Shown one piece after another: positions 11,648-25,328 of a DNA stretch of 64,000 bases. The notes beneath the pieces were generated by a model. It worked only from the letters and a program-made list of their open reading frames with translations. It made no database searches and had not been told where the DNA came from. Each line of letters opens with the position of its first letter. Positions within the stretch are counted from its first letter, which is position 1. Source of the DNA: Cystobasidiomycetes sp. EMM_F5. Taxonomy: Eukaryota. Location of the stretch: NCBI GenBank assembly GCA_051047955.1, contig JBPGPT010000016.1, positions 62,001-126,000 on the forward strand, given 5' to 3'. A program made the position numbers and the translations under genes.

Positions 11648-14600
11648 TCATACGTTGAAAATGTGGGCACCGGTATCGCACGGGCAGACCTGCGTGAAAT
11701 CAAGCTTCGATGGCGGACTTGCCTCCAACCTAAGCAAACGACGCGCAGTGCCGTATACACCAGCCTTTGCAGAGCTGACAAGAGACACTGACTCGAAGCC
11801 CTGACGTGACGGTAGTGTCTGCTCTTGCCTCGTTTGCGCTGGTTGCGCTGGTTGCGGGACTTGTTTAGTTGATACAGGTGGCGGAAGTTTTGTAGCAACA
11901 GGAGACGCAGTCTTCCAGCCCCACAACGAGGTCAGGCCTTGCAACGACAATCGTGAGGGAGTGGCTGCCGGAAGAGGAGGTGTATCGGCATCCATCGACA
12001 GCTTGCGGACTAGTAAAGAGCTGCGTGAAACAGGAGGACCAGAGTTACTCGTGCGAGCGGCATGCCTAGCAAAGGCATTTGAGAAGTAATCGTCATCGCA
12101 AGCGATGCCGGCAGAGAATGGTGGAATGTCGAGCACTGAAGGCTCGACGGGCAGAGCAGGAAGAGGTTCCGAAAAGAGCTGCCAGAATCGTTCCTGCTCG
12201 TCTGTCCGTGTTTGTTCGACAGATCCACGAGGGAATGACCATTGCTTGAGGAACGAATCAGAGCGATGGTGCTTGTTGAGTTCGACAGATCCGGCTGGAC
12301 TCTCTTTGCATGGCGTGAGTGGCATCTGCTCGTTGGTGTCTGCCGAATCGGTGGACGTAGACTGTGTACGGCCACGGAATTCATCGGGAATGAGTTCTGG
12401 AACATGGTCATCTTCCTCGCAATGTCCCAGTTCGTCTTCGTCTTCCTCGATAATGGCCGTCATCTGAGCATCGTTGGCACCTTCGCTGCCCTCAGTGCTC
12501 TCCTCGTCTTCCTCAGCCAGAGTGTCCAGACCACCCAAAGGCAGCGAATCTTCGCGTTTCAACGGGAGACTTGTGGGATGTATGGAAGCTGCATTCATAC
12601 GCACAGCGGTCTGGATCGATGGCGAAGCCGACGACGGTAGCGAAAAGCTAGAAGCAGCCGAAGACAAGTAGAAGGATGGGGAAACCGGTGATTTACCGTT
12701 TCCAAATACAGACTCATCGTCTGCTATCGAAGTGCCTTCGGAAGTATGTCCGCTAGCGACACTCGAGTAACCAGACCAGACCGAGCTGGACTTGCTAGAC
12801 ATGGAGCCATTAAACCCAGCAGACGATGCATTTGACCCTTCTTTGGCTTGGTGGAGGGCTTGTGCAGCTGGTGAAGGAACTACTCTGACAAGGGCAGGAC
12901 GGGGCGAATCTGCAATGACGAGCGTGTTCTGAACTCTCTGCTCTCTTGCGCGCTCGTCAGCTTCCTTGTTGTTCAATGCCGTCAAGAGCGGGCTGGTTGA
13001 GCGGCTCGAATCCCCGGCGGCCTTGAGCCTCTCTCGCTCGAGCGCTGCTGCGAGAGAGAAGATCTGATCACGCATCTCGGCGATGAGTTTGGCTTGAGCT
13101 GCAGTATGTTGCTGGTCTTCCGTCTGTGAAGAGCCCGTAGAGGCAATTCCAGATGAATGCGCAGCTAGACGGTCTCCCAACTTTCGCACCTTGTCACGAA
13201 GTAGGATACCTTCCTTGCGCTCATCTTCCAGACGGGCTCTCTCGTTGGCTAGAGCATGTTCGAGATCACCGCAGCGAGTACGCCATCCATCGATATCTTC
13301 GCGCAGACAGTCTCGCTCCGCTTCAAGCTCACCTGCTTGCTCAGTGACAGTCGACAATTCCTGACGCAGGTTAGAGACCTCGACACGATGCAAGGCCTGA
13401 GCGGATGCGAGCTCTTTCGCAGATTCAGCAGTCTGATGATCGAGCTTTTGTCGCATAGCTTGAACTTGCATCGACAAGATGACTGGGTCATCCGAATTTG
13501 TGCTGTTTGAAGAACTGCTGCGTACCAAGCCTGGCCGAACAGTCACCTAATAGCGAAGCAAGTATCAGAACAAAGTCTTCTTCGAAATCTGTGCAAAACG
13601 TACCGCAAGCAAATCTTTCTCTCTCACATCCTCCATGCTGACGTCTTCATCCTCTTCTGCGATGCGATCATGCATTATATCGTCTGGTGAAGCGAGTGGT
13701 GCATGGTCCTCGATGACGAGATCGCCGAACGTAAATGGCGTATTTGACGATGTAGCACTGGCGCTACTGAGCTCTGAGAAACGTTTATTGGAGAAGGAAG
13801 AAAAGTTGGCTGGACCTGCACTCCCAAAGCTGTTAGCAAACGAGGTTGTTGCGGCCGTCGTGTTTTGCAGCGCATTAGAGAATGGTGAAGCCATACTGCT
13901 GGCTGTAGTAGGAGAAACATATGCAGCTCGTGCGCTTGTTGAGCTATTGCGTGCACCTGCAGATGAGGAGACAGAGTATGTAGCCGACTTTGATGGCGTT
14001 GGAGAAGCATTGGCAGACTGCCGTTGTTGGATCTTTTTGAACCTGCCATCGATACTGCCGCTACTCCTGAGTGCAGAAATGGGCGATGCTCCCCGCTCAG
14101 ACGCCAGACTCAGACGCTTCGAGCTGATTGGAGATTCCGAAGCCGAAGAGGCAGCTCCGGCTGAGCCCAGTGTAAAGGTCTTCAAGCCAGACAGACGTTT
14201 CGCAGACTTGATTTCGGATGTGTTTGGACTGGAAATGATGCTGCTAGATAGAGATAGGGGCCGCGGTGGTGGACGACGTGTAGACTGGGCAGCTGCCGAA
14301 GTGTTCGACTGTGAGTGACTCAAAGAAGGTCCAGAGTATGCATAAGGCAGGTCTTGAGTGGTCGGTGAGATAGGTTCTATCGTAGGGAGGTTGTTGACGG
14401 TACCAAACGGTAGAGAGCGGGAAGGAGGGAAAATAAGGCTACTGGGTCTCGGTTTCCGACCTTGTCCCTGCGTAGACGTCGAGGAACGTAGAGACGCGTT
14501 AGCAATCGTTGCACTCGACGAAGTCGCATTGGCCATTTCGTCATTCTGCTCCTCTTCTTCCTCTTCCTCCTCGACAAGCATACCTAGATCTGTCGCTCCT

Positions 14601-16317
14601 CTGCCTCCGCCAAGATGGTGTGCCATCGAATTGGGTGTCCAGGAACCCCTCCTCTGCTCCATCGACATCTTGGATGACGCAGGAGAGGGCGACATGAAGG
14701 CGTTGGTCGAGTCTATCGCTGCCTGCGTAGGCAGATGGATCGTCTCTGAAGGCGTACGAAGCCGACCTTCGAGTGCCGACAAGGCATTTGATCTTTCCGT
14801 GCTTGTGCAGCTACTATCGGTCATAGCCTCGGCGTCACGTTCCTCTCCCTGTCCGCTACCTAATGACGTCCAGGTCGATGACCTACTCATCCCCGCTGAT
14901 CCAACAGTCGAGGCAGAAATCGACCTCGACATGCCCTGATCTCCACCAAATTGGGGCAACGAAATGGATCCCCTCTCGCTGGCCGTACTAGCCAAAAAAG
15001 CCGCCGTCGCAGAAGCATTCATATCTGGGGAAGTCTGTAAATGTGCCAGTGAAGGAATGCCAGACATTATTTCCATACTCTCGCGTCGTGTCGCTACTGA
15101 TGTCCGTCGTGTGTGCTTTGAAAGCTTGCGGGCATGCGAGGGCGCAGCTGATGTTGCTAGGATGGTAGCAGTAGACGATGTCGACAAATTCACGGCCATT
15201 GGCATCGAGGTATTGCTAGATGAAGCAACTGCAAAGGAAGGCTGTTGCATTGTACTGGCTGACCGTTTCCTGAGCGGACTATCTGGATTACTCGATGTCG
15301 GCCGCCCATAGTGTTGCTGCTGTTGAGCATACGCCATCGTCATCGAGCTGGACGACTGGTGGAGGACGGGCGAAGTCTGAGGACTGAGGATACGTGATGA
15401 GGGAGCTGCGGAGAAGTTTGGGACAGACTGTCTCTTCGACTGAGTGGATGTCGAGGATGTGCTATTACCGAATGAGAATGCTGCAAACGACGCAGGAGGT
15501 CTGGATGCAGACGATGAGAGTGCTGGAGAGGATGCTGATGCCGGCATACGGGATGAGGAAGAAAAGGCATTGAACGAAGGAGGAGGAGAGACCAGACCAT
15601 ACATCTGTTGCGCCATGAACGGAGACGGAGGCAAGCAGGGCAAGGCTGCATTGATCTGTGCATCTGTCGTAGACACGATTGACAGAGTTCGCGAGTGTCG
15701 TCGCGAGTCTCTCCTCGAGTGCGATTTCGCCAGTGACGATGAAGGAGGGTGTCCAGAATTCAAAGCTGTACGCGTTGGCGTTGATGCTGGAATCAGCGGA
15801 CCGACTGAAGAGCGCCTTGGCGATACGGGCGTCGGCGGAGTGTATGACGTGACAATGACCTCCTTCTGGCCTGCAGAAGTCGACATTGTCATTGTCGCGT
15901 CGGGTGAAACAGACGTGTCCATTGCGAGCAGAGCAGACAGTTTCGCTGCAGTATTCGAGTGACGAGGTATTGAGACCGATATGCGACTCCTCGAACGACG
16001 ATGTACGTGACCCATGCCCGACGAGGACCTTCGAGCGTGATGTTGTGAAGACCGCAGGGGCGACGCGGGCACCGAGGGACCTGCAGCTGCGCTGGCATTG
16101 GATATGATTGAACTTCGTTTGCTCGACGGCGAGGGCGGTACACCCTGCCTGCTCGCTTGTGCTTTGCGGTAGTTTTTCAGCTGTGTCATTCCGAGTGTCT
16201 GTGCGTCAGTCTGCGTTTTTGCAACAAGATGTAAACGTTGCCCACCTTCTTCTTGGCCGACACCAGCTTGTCCTCTCGTGACTGGGAGCGCGTGTGCAGT
16301 GCTGTCGTGTGTTCCAT
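11648..16317 (-). CDS. Large (~1500 aa) Ser-rich disordered protein with a central coiled coil, function unknown (3 exons)
   Basis: Exon 1 MEHTTALH...SAKKK splices to ORF 13565-16189, then GTACGT..TAG splices to ORF 11648-13546. Coiled-coil segment LRQELSTVTEQAGELEAERDCLREDIDGWRTRC; C-terminal LDFTQVCPC. Confidence 0.75.
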
Positions 16318-17285
16318 GGCTGCAATTGAAACTCGAAGTGGGCAGGTCTGTGCGCGTGATTGTTGGATACTATGTCTAGTGGTGTGAAAGAGAATGTGTG
16401 TATGAGTGTATGCGACTAACACGCTAGCCTGAGCGTGTGTCTGAGACTGTGTTGGGTGTTTGGCAGCGTCCAAGTGGTCGATGTCCGGGTTGAAGTGCGA
16501 AGACAGGGCGACGTCGACTGTTTGGGCGTGCGATGGCTGACCCAACTGAGGGAGCCTGTATCGACCAGCGAGGAGCAGCAGCAAATAACAGCAACCACGG
16601 CGTGATTGACCAACTATGCCCTGCCAGACGTGCTGCACGACCACCTTGTACAACCTCGAAAGCTTGCCCTATTTATCGAGGAATGCTGCGCGTAGAAAGG
16701 TCGATCGCGTGTCGAGTGCAAGAAGGCAGCAGTTTGCAGAAGCTTCAGTGCATCAGCATATTCTGACCGTCTCTGACGATATCGTCGTCCAGCATGCAGA
16801 CTGCTGCTCGCTGTCCACTCCTAACAATGCCCCCGTCACCCGTCTGCTTCCTCGCTAATTCAAAGTCTCGACCACATCCCGCCACACTCGAGCCTTGTTT
16901 TGACAAACATTGACCGCGTATGGAAGGTGTGACGATGCTTTTATCGACATGAACTATGAGAGTGCACTATAGCTAGTTGCTGCTGGATCAGAGTGCTATT
17001 TGGTATGCCCCTTAATTCGTTATGCTTTGCTGCTATTTGACAGCTGCAAGGTTTGCATGCATCCATTGTAAAATGACATTACGACATCTTGATTCGCACA
17101 ACGGCAACTGCATCGTTTCATCCCTTCTTGGCGTCATGCTGCCTGTACCCTTACTGCCGACTGCTACTTGTCACTAATGCCAACTTGTTCAGGATCTCTG
17201 ACTTCTCCCCTTTGTGTACCGATAGGATCCCATTTTGTTCCCCACATCTCGCCTCGTTTGCCCATCAAGCTCGGTGGACTTTCAT

Positions 17286-17899
17286 TCAATGCTCCATCGG
17301 CTGACCTTGCGTCGTCCGATTTGCAGTAGAGCTTGACGATCCTTGTACGCTCATTTGTTGGTTCGACGCCGTACTAGCATTCCCAGCGCTCACCGCTAGA
17401 GCCGCTTGGTAGCGCGACACTGGGTCTCCAAAGTCTGCAATACAATCTTCTCACATCAGCCATCAAAATGCCCATCGCGTTGGTGTTATCAGTGCGCACC
17501 TCTGGGATAATCGAGATCCAATAGTCTGTCGAGTACGCTCCCTCCTGTAAGATTCACTCCCTCCACGACCATGCCACCGGCATCGTGCTCTCCAAGTCCA
17601 TTCCCTTGCGCACTCTTTTGTGCATTTCGTGTACTTGTAGACTGTCGCTTCGTGTGCCCTCGCCCATTATTGGTTACGGATTGAAAGGCAGAAGTAGAGG
17701 AACGGCGTGGAGGAGCAGTACTGCCCTCTGCGGTATCGTCAAATACGGTGTCTTCGTCAATGTCGATGGATCTGATGGATGCGGGTGACGCGGACCGCGA
17801 TGATGCAACCATGTCGCCCGAATGGACAGATAACGCGGAAGAGCCAGATGGACCACCGACGTCGGTCGTCGTTGTCGGTGATAGTCGTGGATTGCTCAT
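17286..17899 (-). CDS. Small hypothetical protein (about 2 exons; 3' end uncertain)
   Basis: 136-aa ORF with donor GTGCGC near 17498 and acceptor TTGCAG near 17435, continuing in frame as LLDLDYPRDFGDPVSRY...MEH*. Confidence 0.45.
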
Positions 17900-18152
17900 A
17901 AGGGATTAGATAACAGACTGTGTTTGCAAGGTTCACACGAGAGCAGTGCGTACTCTGGATGAGCGTAAGTTGCCACAATGGAGGACCGTATGCCTACCGT
18001 GTACATGCTGCCATTCACGCACGCTTCTAACAGACAACTGCATTCCTGCTCGCATGAATCTGACCTAACACGCCTTGTACTTCTAGACTAGACTACTTCG
18101 ATTCGCAACAACGCAATGCAACTAACTTACTCACCGCTTGTACTGCAAACGT

Positions 18153-21100
18153 CTATATGCCCACTGCATCGATTCCTAGACTCTTGCGGATGACGACGAG
18201 CGCCATTATTTCTTTGACTGCTTCTTCCAATATTATCACGTTATCCAGCAATGTAGACAGAGACGTCAATTGCGGCTGGTTCGTAGAGCTAAACTCCGTC
18301 TCTTGCAATGCTGAGCTGGATGGCATTTCAGCAACATATACAGGTACTTGTACGCCGCTCGTTGCAGTGTAGTGAGCGGCATAAGGACTCGATCCGTCCT
18401 TTCCGGCGTTTCGCGAACCCAAATTACCAGCAAAGGCAAGCACAGGCGACGTTATGCCATGACTCTTGTGAGTGGCCGGATGCGAAGAGACGGGCGGAGC
18501 GTCCGTTCCGAGCGCTTCAGCCAATTCGTCCATGAATGCCAGACACTTCCGTCTTTCCGCGAGATGGCTCGAAAAGTGCTTTACTGAACTGCGATAAGTA
18601 TCGGTATGATTGATCAGCTGCGCAAGTATATCGAAGACGATGGCATCGCCGGGTACAGAAGCTCTACGCATACGAGAGTCGCTTTTTATTTTATGCGACA
18701 ATCCTGAACCTCGACTGTTCTCACTTGTATTGTACGCTTTCTGCTTTGACGGGCTGATGAACGACAGGAGGCTGCTGGTTTTGGATGGTCTGACATCCTG
18801 TGTCGCTGATTCCGCTCTATCTAGCTCTGTCGGCTCGCTTCGCAGAGCCTCAACGAAACCCATTTTCTGCAATTGTGCAAGTGGAGAAACGCCAGAAGGA
18901 ATCAACCATCCCGATAGACTTCGATACGGACACTTTGCGAGTCTAGAGATGCACGATATCAGATGTTGGTTGACATTCGTCGAATTGCTGAAAAAATGAC
19001 AGAGGGAGGACGATAAAGCCGCTACGATACTGGATGATGTTGATAGTCTGTGCACGACCATGGGATCGTGATCGTGATCGTGAATGATGGATCGGACGTT
19101 ACTACCGTTCTGATCTTGCCGTGCCGTCGGAGAGACTTTGTTTCCCGCCAGACTAGGAGGCGTATGTGCCGTGCCGTCAGATTGACCGACTTGCAGATTT
19201 GCAAGTTCGATGAGAGCACAGCCTCGTCGAAACGCGGAATCTGAAAGTACGGCCATCTCCGCATCGTGCAGGTATGACGAGAAGGTTGTATTGCATCCGC
19301 CATCCTTTGTGCGGCTCTGCACAGTCAGTGCTTGCTCGGCGATTGATATGATTGTCGTAGAGCGCAAGAGACGGAATAATACCTCGACCTCGGATGACGG
19401 CAATACTTCTTCATGATACGTCTCGTCAGGCTTTGGTGCTATGTCATCTTGGACCGGGCATTCAGGATACACAAAAGTACTCTCGCTGGAAGCACTCTCG
19501 GAGGCAGGATATACAAAGCTCTCCTCGTCTTCCTCGCTGTAACCGCATTCCGTCCCGCTCGGCGTAACAATGAAAGGGAAGCGAGTGGCGTGTACATCCG
19601 GAATGATGTCGAGCAGATCCAAAGATTCGACGTCGAAACGTTGGAGCAGGGTATCTAGTAGTTGAAGAGCGAGTGCCTTTGTTTGTGGAGCTGAATCTGT
19701 ATACTGCGGCGCCGGTGGGGACAATGTAATATGAGAAAGAAGAATGTCCTTCAATCGGAAGGATAATGCGTGGGTGTCCGCCATACCATGTGTGTTGCTG
19801 GTGGGCGTCCCGCTTTGCGGCCCTGGTGCTGTCGAGGGCAACAAGATCTCATTAGTCCGGCGACGCTTCATTCGATTGCTGCCGGCACCGCCTGAAGTGC
19901 TCAACAAGCCGATTGGAGGAGAGGTGGCATCAAACAGTATACCAGAAGCATCGTGCGTTATAGATTCGTGCTTCCCCTGCACATTGTCCAGGTCGCGCCC
20001 GTCAAGTAGGTATCGAATAACTATTTTGCCAAGAAGAGATTCGGGCAGCAAGGCGTCGACCATAACCTGTAGATGCAGCAAGACAGCAACGTGACACGCC
20101 ATGTTGTCCAGGTGCGATGTCTTCGAGAATAATGGTGACAGCGGGCTAGTCGCAACAACGACTTCATCTAATGTTGGTCCGAGAGCATTATCCAAAAACG
20201 CAGTCCTGTAGGACACTTTCAGTGATGAATATCACGCGACGAGGTCAATTCTTACTTGATGGTATAAAGGAGTTTGCGCTGTAGATACGACAGAGAGGAA
20301 ACGCTCCTGCTTGAATCATTACTAGAGAAGAGATCGTCTGTCCAGGAATAAACGAACGAAAGTTCTTCGACGTCGCCAGCTCTTTCAGCCTGCTGCACGC
20401 GCTGCAAGACATCCTGCACGAACTCGATTAAGCGCAGCCATAGCTCTCGCAATCTAATATACTCGGCATCAGTATCGAGAGTGAATCCGAGTACAGCTGC
20501 TTCCTGTTCCGACAGCGTCTCCGCTGTGGTTCCGGGAGCGGCTGTCAAGCTTTGTGACGATACTCCGTCCAATTCGGTACGGGAGGTAATGTACAACTTT
20601 CGAGGCAGCAAGCCGTATGAGGCGCCTAGACCTGCGCCCAGTACTTCGGCGAAAGAAGATTGTGTAATGTAGGTTGACAACGATGTCAACGCTCCCACCG
20701 TCGTCTGCTCAACGCTGTCGCGGTGCTGATGACCACTCTGTCGTCCATCTTGACGCGAAAGAGGCCTTGAGTGATTGTTCGAATGGCGGAAGGGATTCTG
20801 ATCTGGTTTAGCCGTTAGGTCCGTCGACAAAGTAGCTGCCAGGTCCACGATGAACAAAATTCCTTGACGAGCAAAGTCGCCTGCTTGACCTTCTGCATGC
20901 ATAAGAGCGAGGAGCATTGTGAACACGGGAAAGTGGTACGGCGTATTCATCCAATGGCCTTTGTTACTTGTCCGATCAGCCTCCGAGGTGGTGATCCACT
21001 GGTTCGATGATCTGTCGGACCGTAGATTCGTCACAAGGCGTTGTTCAGACGTCGACGAATGCAGAACCTCAGCTTTCAACAACTCCTCGGCTGCTTCCTG

Positions 21101-21962
21101 CGACTTCGTCTGCCGATCCTGGAAAAATATAGGTAAGAAGACCGGATTTTGTACGATGCGAGAGCATATGCTACAGAGAAGAGATGCAAGTTGCACAGGA
21201 TACCGATTGGATCCATCACTCGGAGCTTGCTTGACGAGGCCTTCAGCTGTACCATTGGCTGACGAGGCGCGACCTAGCTGTTCCGGTAGAGATGCTGTCG
21301 AGGACGCTGCAGGTGTCGCATTTGGACTGAGTCCGCTAGGAGCTGCACATCCCCGAAGAAGAAGAAGCAGAGGTCGATGTGCAAGGGCAACAAAATCGTT
21401 CTCCAATTTCGAGACCAGGCTGTCCACACTCTGAAGGACGATGGGCAAAACACCAATAGGCTCATCGGGCAAAGCCAGCTTGACGAGATCTCCGAGGATG
21501 TCATGCGTGATCTAATTGGGTTCAAACATCAGTCACGATTATCCTTGCTTGTCCCGCCTGAGAGAGTGCCAATGTACAATATGTTCCAAGCACGGGCCCG
21601 TTAGATCTGACGATGACAATGTCGACTCTTGCACGAGGATCTGGACGAGTTTGTCGGTCTGAGCCTTCAAATGGTGTAGCGGCTCGCTATGCCTATCTGA
21701 CGTGATATCCGACCCATGGTCGGACTTCGACTCTGAGATACGGCCAGCCGCGATGCTCTGCAACGATAAGCCCAATATCAGCGACACGCGTTAATGTCAT
21801 GGATGCATAATGACGCACAGTCTGAATACTGCTCCAGATTTTTGCGACCTCCGCAGGATCCCGAAATGACGCTGTGACCGGGCCGTCATCACGACTGCTG
21901 TCGTTTCTTGCAGCAGACGGTCTTCGCAGCGGTGACCCGACAGTCTTGAGGAAGGCTCTCAT
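18153..21962 (-). CDS. FHIP/FAM160/RAI16-like protein (FTS-Hook-FHIP complex subunit), 4 exons
   Basis: Motifs GPCLEHIITHDILGDLVKLALPDEPIG, FPVFTMLLALMHAEGQAGDFARQGIL, SSFAEVLGAGLGASYGLLP and C-terminal LLDNVIILEEAVKEI. Confidence 0.85.
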
Positions 21963-22162
21963 ACACCACCGCTCCGTCTCGTTGTCACAGCAGGATACGT
22001 AACCGATTCATTGTCGTTTCAATGTGGGAGGGCGTAAAACGCTTTGACCTGACAACAAGGACGAACACGCTTTCTCGATTTCCGTGATGATTATGCTACA
22101 TCGTTGATATGCGTCTCTGGTTGAACCACATGCCACATTCAATTATGAACACCTCCGAGTCT

Positions 22163-23942
22163 TCATTTCGGTCGGCCAGCACGTATCCAGTCATCGCGCA
22201 TGCTCTTCGACACCCACCGGCGCATGAGATGCGTGAAGCTGCTTTCAGTACTCCATACGTAATCTGCATTCATTCGATTGAGGTATTTCGATGCAACAGC
22301 ATTCCACCCTTGACTAATCAGCGCAGAAGAACATGAGTTCCAGCCTTGTCATGTGAGCTGACTAGCAATTGCACTTACTATACGAACTGGTTGGATTTGC
22401 TGAAGTCGTACCACGTCTTTTCGTGAATCGCCCTTACATGCGATTCAAGCCATAACCTGGCATGAATATCAAGGAAGGTTAACCCGGTGCGGGCGGGAAT
22501 ACATGCGGAGGACTCACGGCCAGTAGAAAGCATGGCCATTCAGCACTGTAATCTCGCTTGGGTACTGCTTTGCCAACTTCCATGGCAGCTTGACTGAATG
22601 ATCATTCCATGCGGCATCTACGAATGTTGCATACTGATTGTACCACCTCGTCTAGATTGTATCTCTACTCTTCAGTCGTAATCAGCATCTAGGCGGAACG
22701 CTCGTCGCTCACCAAGAAGGGCGAATTGGGCGGAGTAACGATGATCCCATTTGCCAGACCGCCGGGCGCGGTAGCGGTCCAATTCCAATTCGATTCCTGG
22801 CCCATAAGACAACCATACCTCATAAGCGGACGGAAGTCTGCTAAGAGGTCAGCTCTGTCTATGCGGCTAAAGACGGCCGGGAAACGTGGGCTTACCGCGA
22901 AGAAGAAAATTGTCCATGTCCAGGTATATACCTCCAAACTTTATGAGTACTTCTAGCCTGAGAACATCCGCCTTGTGATGCCAGCTGTTGACTGGGTTTC
23001 CGCTGTACACAAATTACAGACTAGTTAGGCTTGTGCAGGAAGTTACGGCACTGATGAGAGAAACTCGACTTACTGAACCTCGGTGATGTTTCGCCCAACC
23101 ATGAGACGGATCTCTGTCTGATTGGCGTCGACTGTGCGTTCCAACCGTTCAAACCAGTACCCTCTCGGCGGATACCCTTTGAGATGCCAGATCATGACTT
23201 GCTTCGGCTTGATGGCTTCTATACCAGAGTGCATGCCGACAAACTGTACAAATGGTAGAGTCCGAGTCTTGTCGGCGTATAGGTAGATGTAATGTAAGAT
23301 TGATGGAACAGTATTGTTCGCCGCAACAAAAGATGCAGGGTTGAACACATTCTGAGCCAGCGCAGAGGTACTCGATGTATTGACGTCCTCAAAGGTAGAT
23401 GGGTCCACCCAATACGGCGGACGCTCAGACTGCGCGTATTGCTTGATTATCGGATTGATGTTATGGTCTGTGCTTTCATACGCGTAGAAATTTGGCCCGA
23501 GAGACGCAGGATCTATGTCTGGGATGCTAGGTCGAAGCATGAGCAAGATACTCCCGAGAACGAGCACGCTCAGCATAAATGGCCAGCGCGTCGAATACCC
23601 CAAATTGCGGGTACACTGTCGCAGAACCGATTGATGACACCAGTCTGAATAATCTTCGTCGCTACCATCGCTATCGTGGTGCATGACTCTGATGTAGCCA
23701 ATTGACGGGGAAGTAGGGGTCACGGCTATAATCTGATGATGGAGGATCTATCAATGGTCGGCATCGCTGATAGAAGCCATCAGGACGCACACTACGAGGC
23801 GGCCGGTCTGAAGCGTAGTTATCGAACGGAGTCCACGTCCTACTTTGACGGCGCTTGTGATGGAGGGCCAACGACGCTGGGACGGCTTGAACACAGCGAG
23901 CCCAGATAGTTTTGGCCACTGAACGCGACGACGTCGAGCCAT
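22163..23942 (-). CDS. Glycosyltransferase family 32 (DXD, Och1/Sur1 superfamily), type II membrane protein, ~7 exons
   Basis: TM segment WPFMLSVLVLGSILLML; VPSILHYIY; HKADVLRLEVLIKFGGIYLDMD; GLANGIIVTPPNSPFLTRWY; WNDHSVKLP. The first exon assignment is less certain. Confidence 0.85.
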
Positions 23943-24142
23943 CTGTCAGCGCAAGCGAGTTGATTTGCATAGTCAGCTTTGGTGTCTGTCAGCGCAAAAC
24001 CTAGTAAAGGCGCAGGTAATCCCCAAGCCACCTGTGCCGGCCATACGTTGTGCTCCAATAATTTCGAAAAACACCGGAATGCCCTCGCGCCCGGCCCCTC
24101 AGACGCGTAGAGTGTTTGATCTTTTGCACACTACTGTTTTGG

Positions 24143-25328
24143 ATGCATGGCTCTGCATCCGACTGTTCAACCCACACTGCATCAATGCCAACAGCACTAG
24201 CAGCATCGTCTCCGGCAGACGTCTTCTCGTCGGATTCGCTGCCTCGAAGCCGTTCTGGCGGGGGCTCCCCCTTGAAGCGACAGCTGTCTACCACCGTAAT
24301 GGACATTGATCCTCAGCGTTCGCACGAGGCTGGGCCACTCGCAGTCCTGTACCACAACGCTGAAAATGACCCAGCCCGCTATCGCGATGACAGCCCACAT
24401 CGCAGGTTGTTCGGAGCTGAAATGGACGCAACCGATGTCAGTCCGTCAAGATCCCTCCTAGCAGCCTTTCAACAGAGCTCGACCAATGCTCAGCGTCAGT
24501 CAGTAGCCGTCAACGCGGATGCCGCATCTACACGGCCAGTCGCGTCCTCCAATTCCAGCCCCGCAGCTTCGCTCAGCAGTAGACACAACAACATTGCTTC
24601 ACCGCGTTTTGCTACTGCTGGATATCGTGCACTCAATGGCGCTTCCGCTAGTCCGTCGCGGCCTCGTGCATCTCCCGCACGTCAATTGCCATCAACATCA
24701 AGAACGTCGGCATCAGCACCCTTTGTAGTGAGAAGCGAGCCTTGTGAGTTTCCAAGACCAGTTTAGAACCTAACATACTGACTATCGATGCACAGCCTGG
24801 CAAGTCTACCGCGACCCCGCGCCTGTGGCTTCGACCTCAACCGCTGTATTCGAAGCGGCAGTGGTCGATGACATAGAGCTTGACGAGGAAGAGAACGCCG
24901 ACGAGCAGGAGAACATGGCTCCAGTGGCGTTCCCATCCCCCGCAGCTCGGCCTGCCTTTGTTCAGACTCGCTCCGATACAAGCGGAAATGTACATCGCCC
25001 TGCCGAGAGCGTAAGCGTCGTGGACATCACTCCTCCAGCCTCCTCGCCCATCGCGTACACTTCGCGTCACTCGAGACAAGTGACGCCTCCTCCTGGTAAT
25101 CCATTGCTACCGTACATGACACCTGGGAGCGCCATCGAGGCGGCCGTCAGGCGGAGTCAGGCAGTCATTAACCCCAATATTACACCACCTTCAAGCAATC
25201 CTCTACTACCCTATATGACGCCTGGCAGTGCTCTTGATGTAGCCGTGCGAAGTAGACACGAGGAAGGCTCAGCTCCTCGGAGCCGAGAAAGCAAGAGAAG
25301 GCGCACGGCAAGCTTCTCGTCGGATTAA
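24143..25328 (+). CDS. Disordered SP/TP-rich protein with an internal 26-aa repeat and cell-cycle-like linear motifs (start uncertain)
   Basis: ORFs 24116-24766 and 24825-25328 join in frame through an intron (GTGAGT near 24744 to CACAG 24795). Confidence 0.6.

Noticed and set aside
17400..17560. Resemblance of LLDLDYPRDFGDP to the CSN9/CSNAP C-terminal motif
   Set aside because: The match is short and lacks the acidic terminal FD..D tail, so it is too weak to call.
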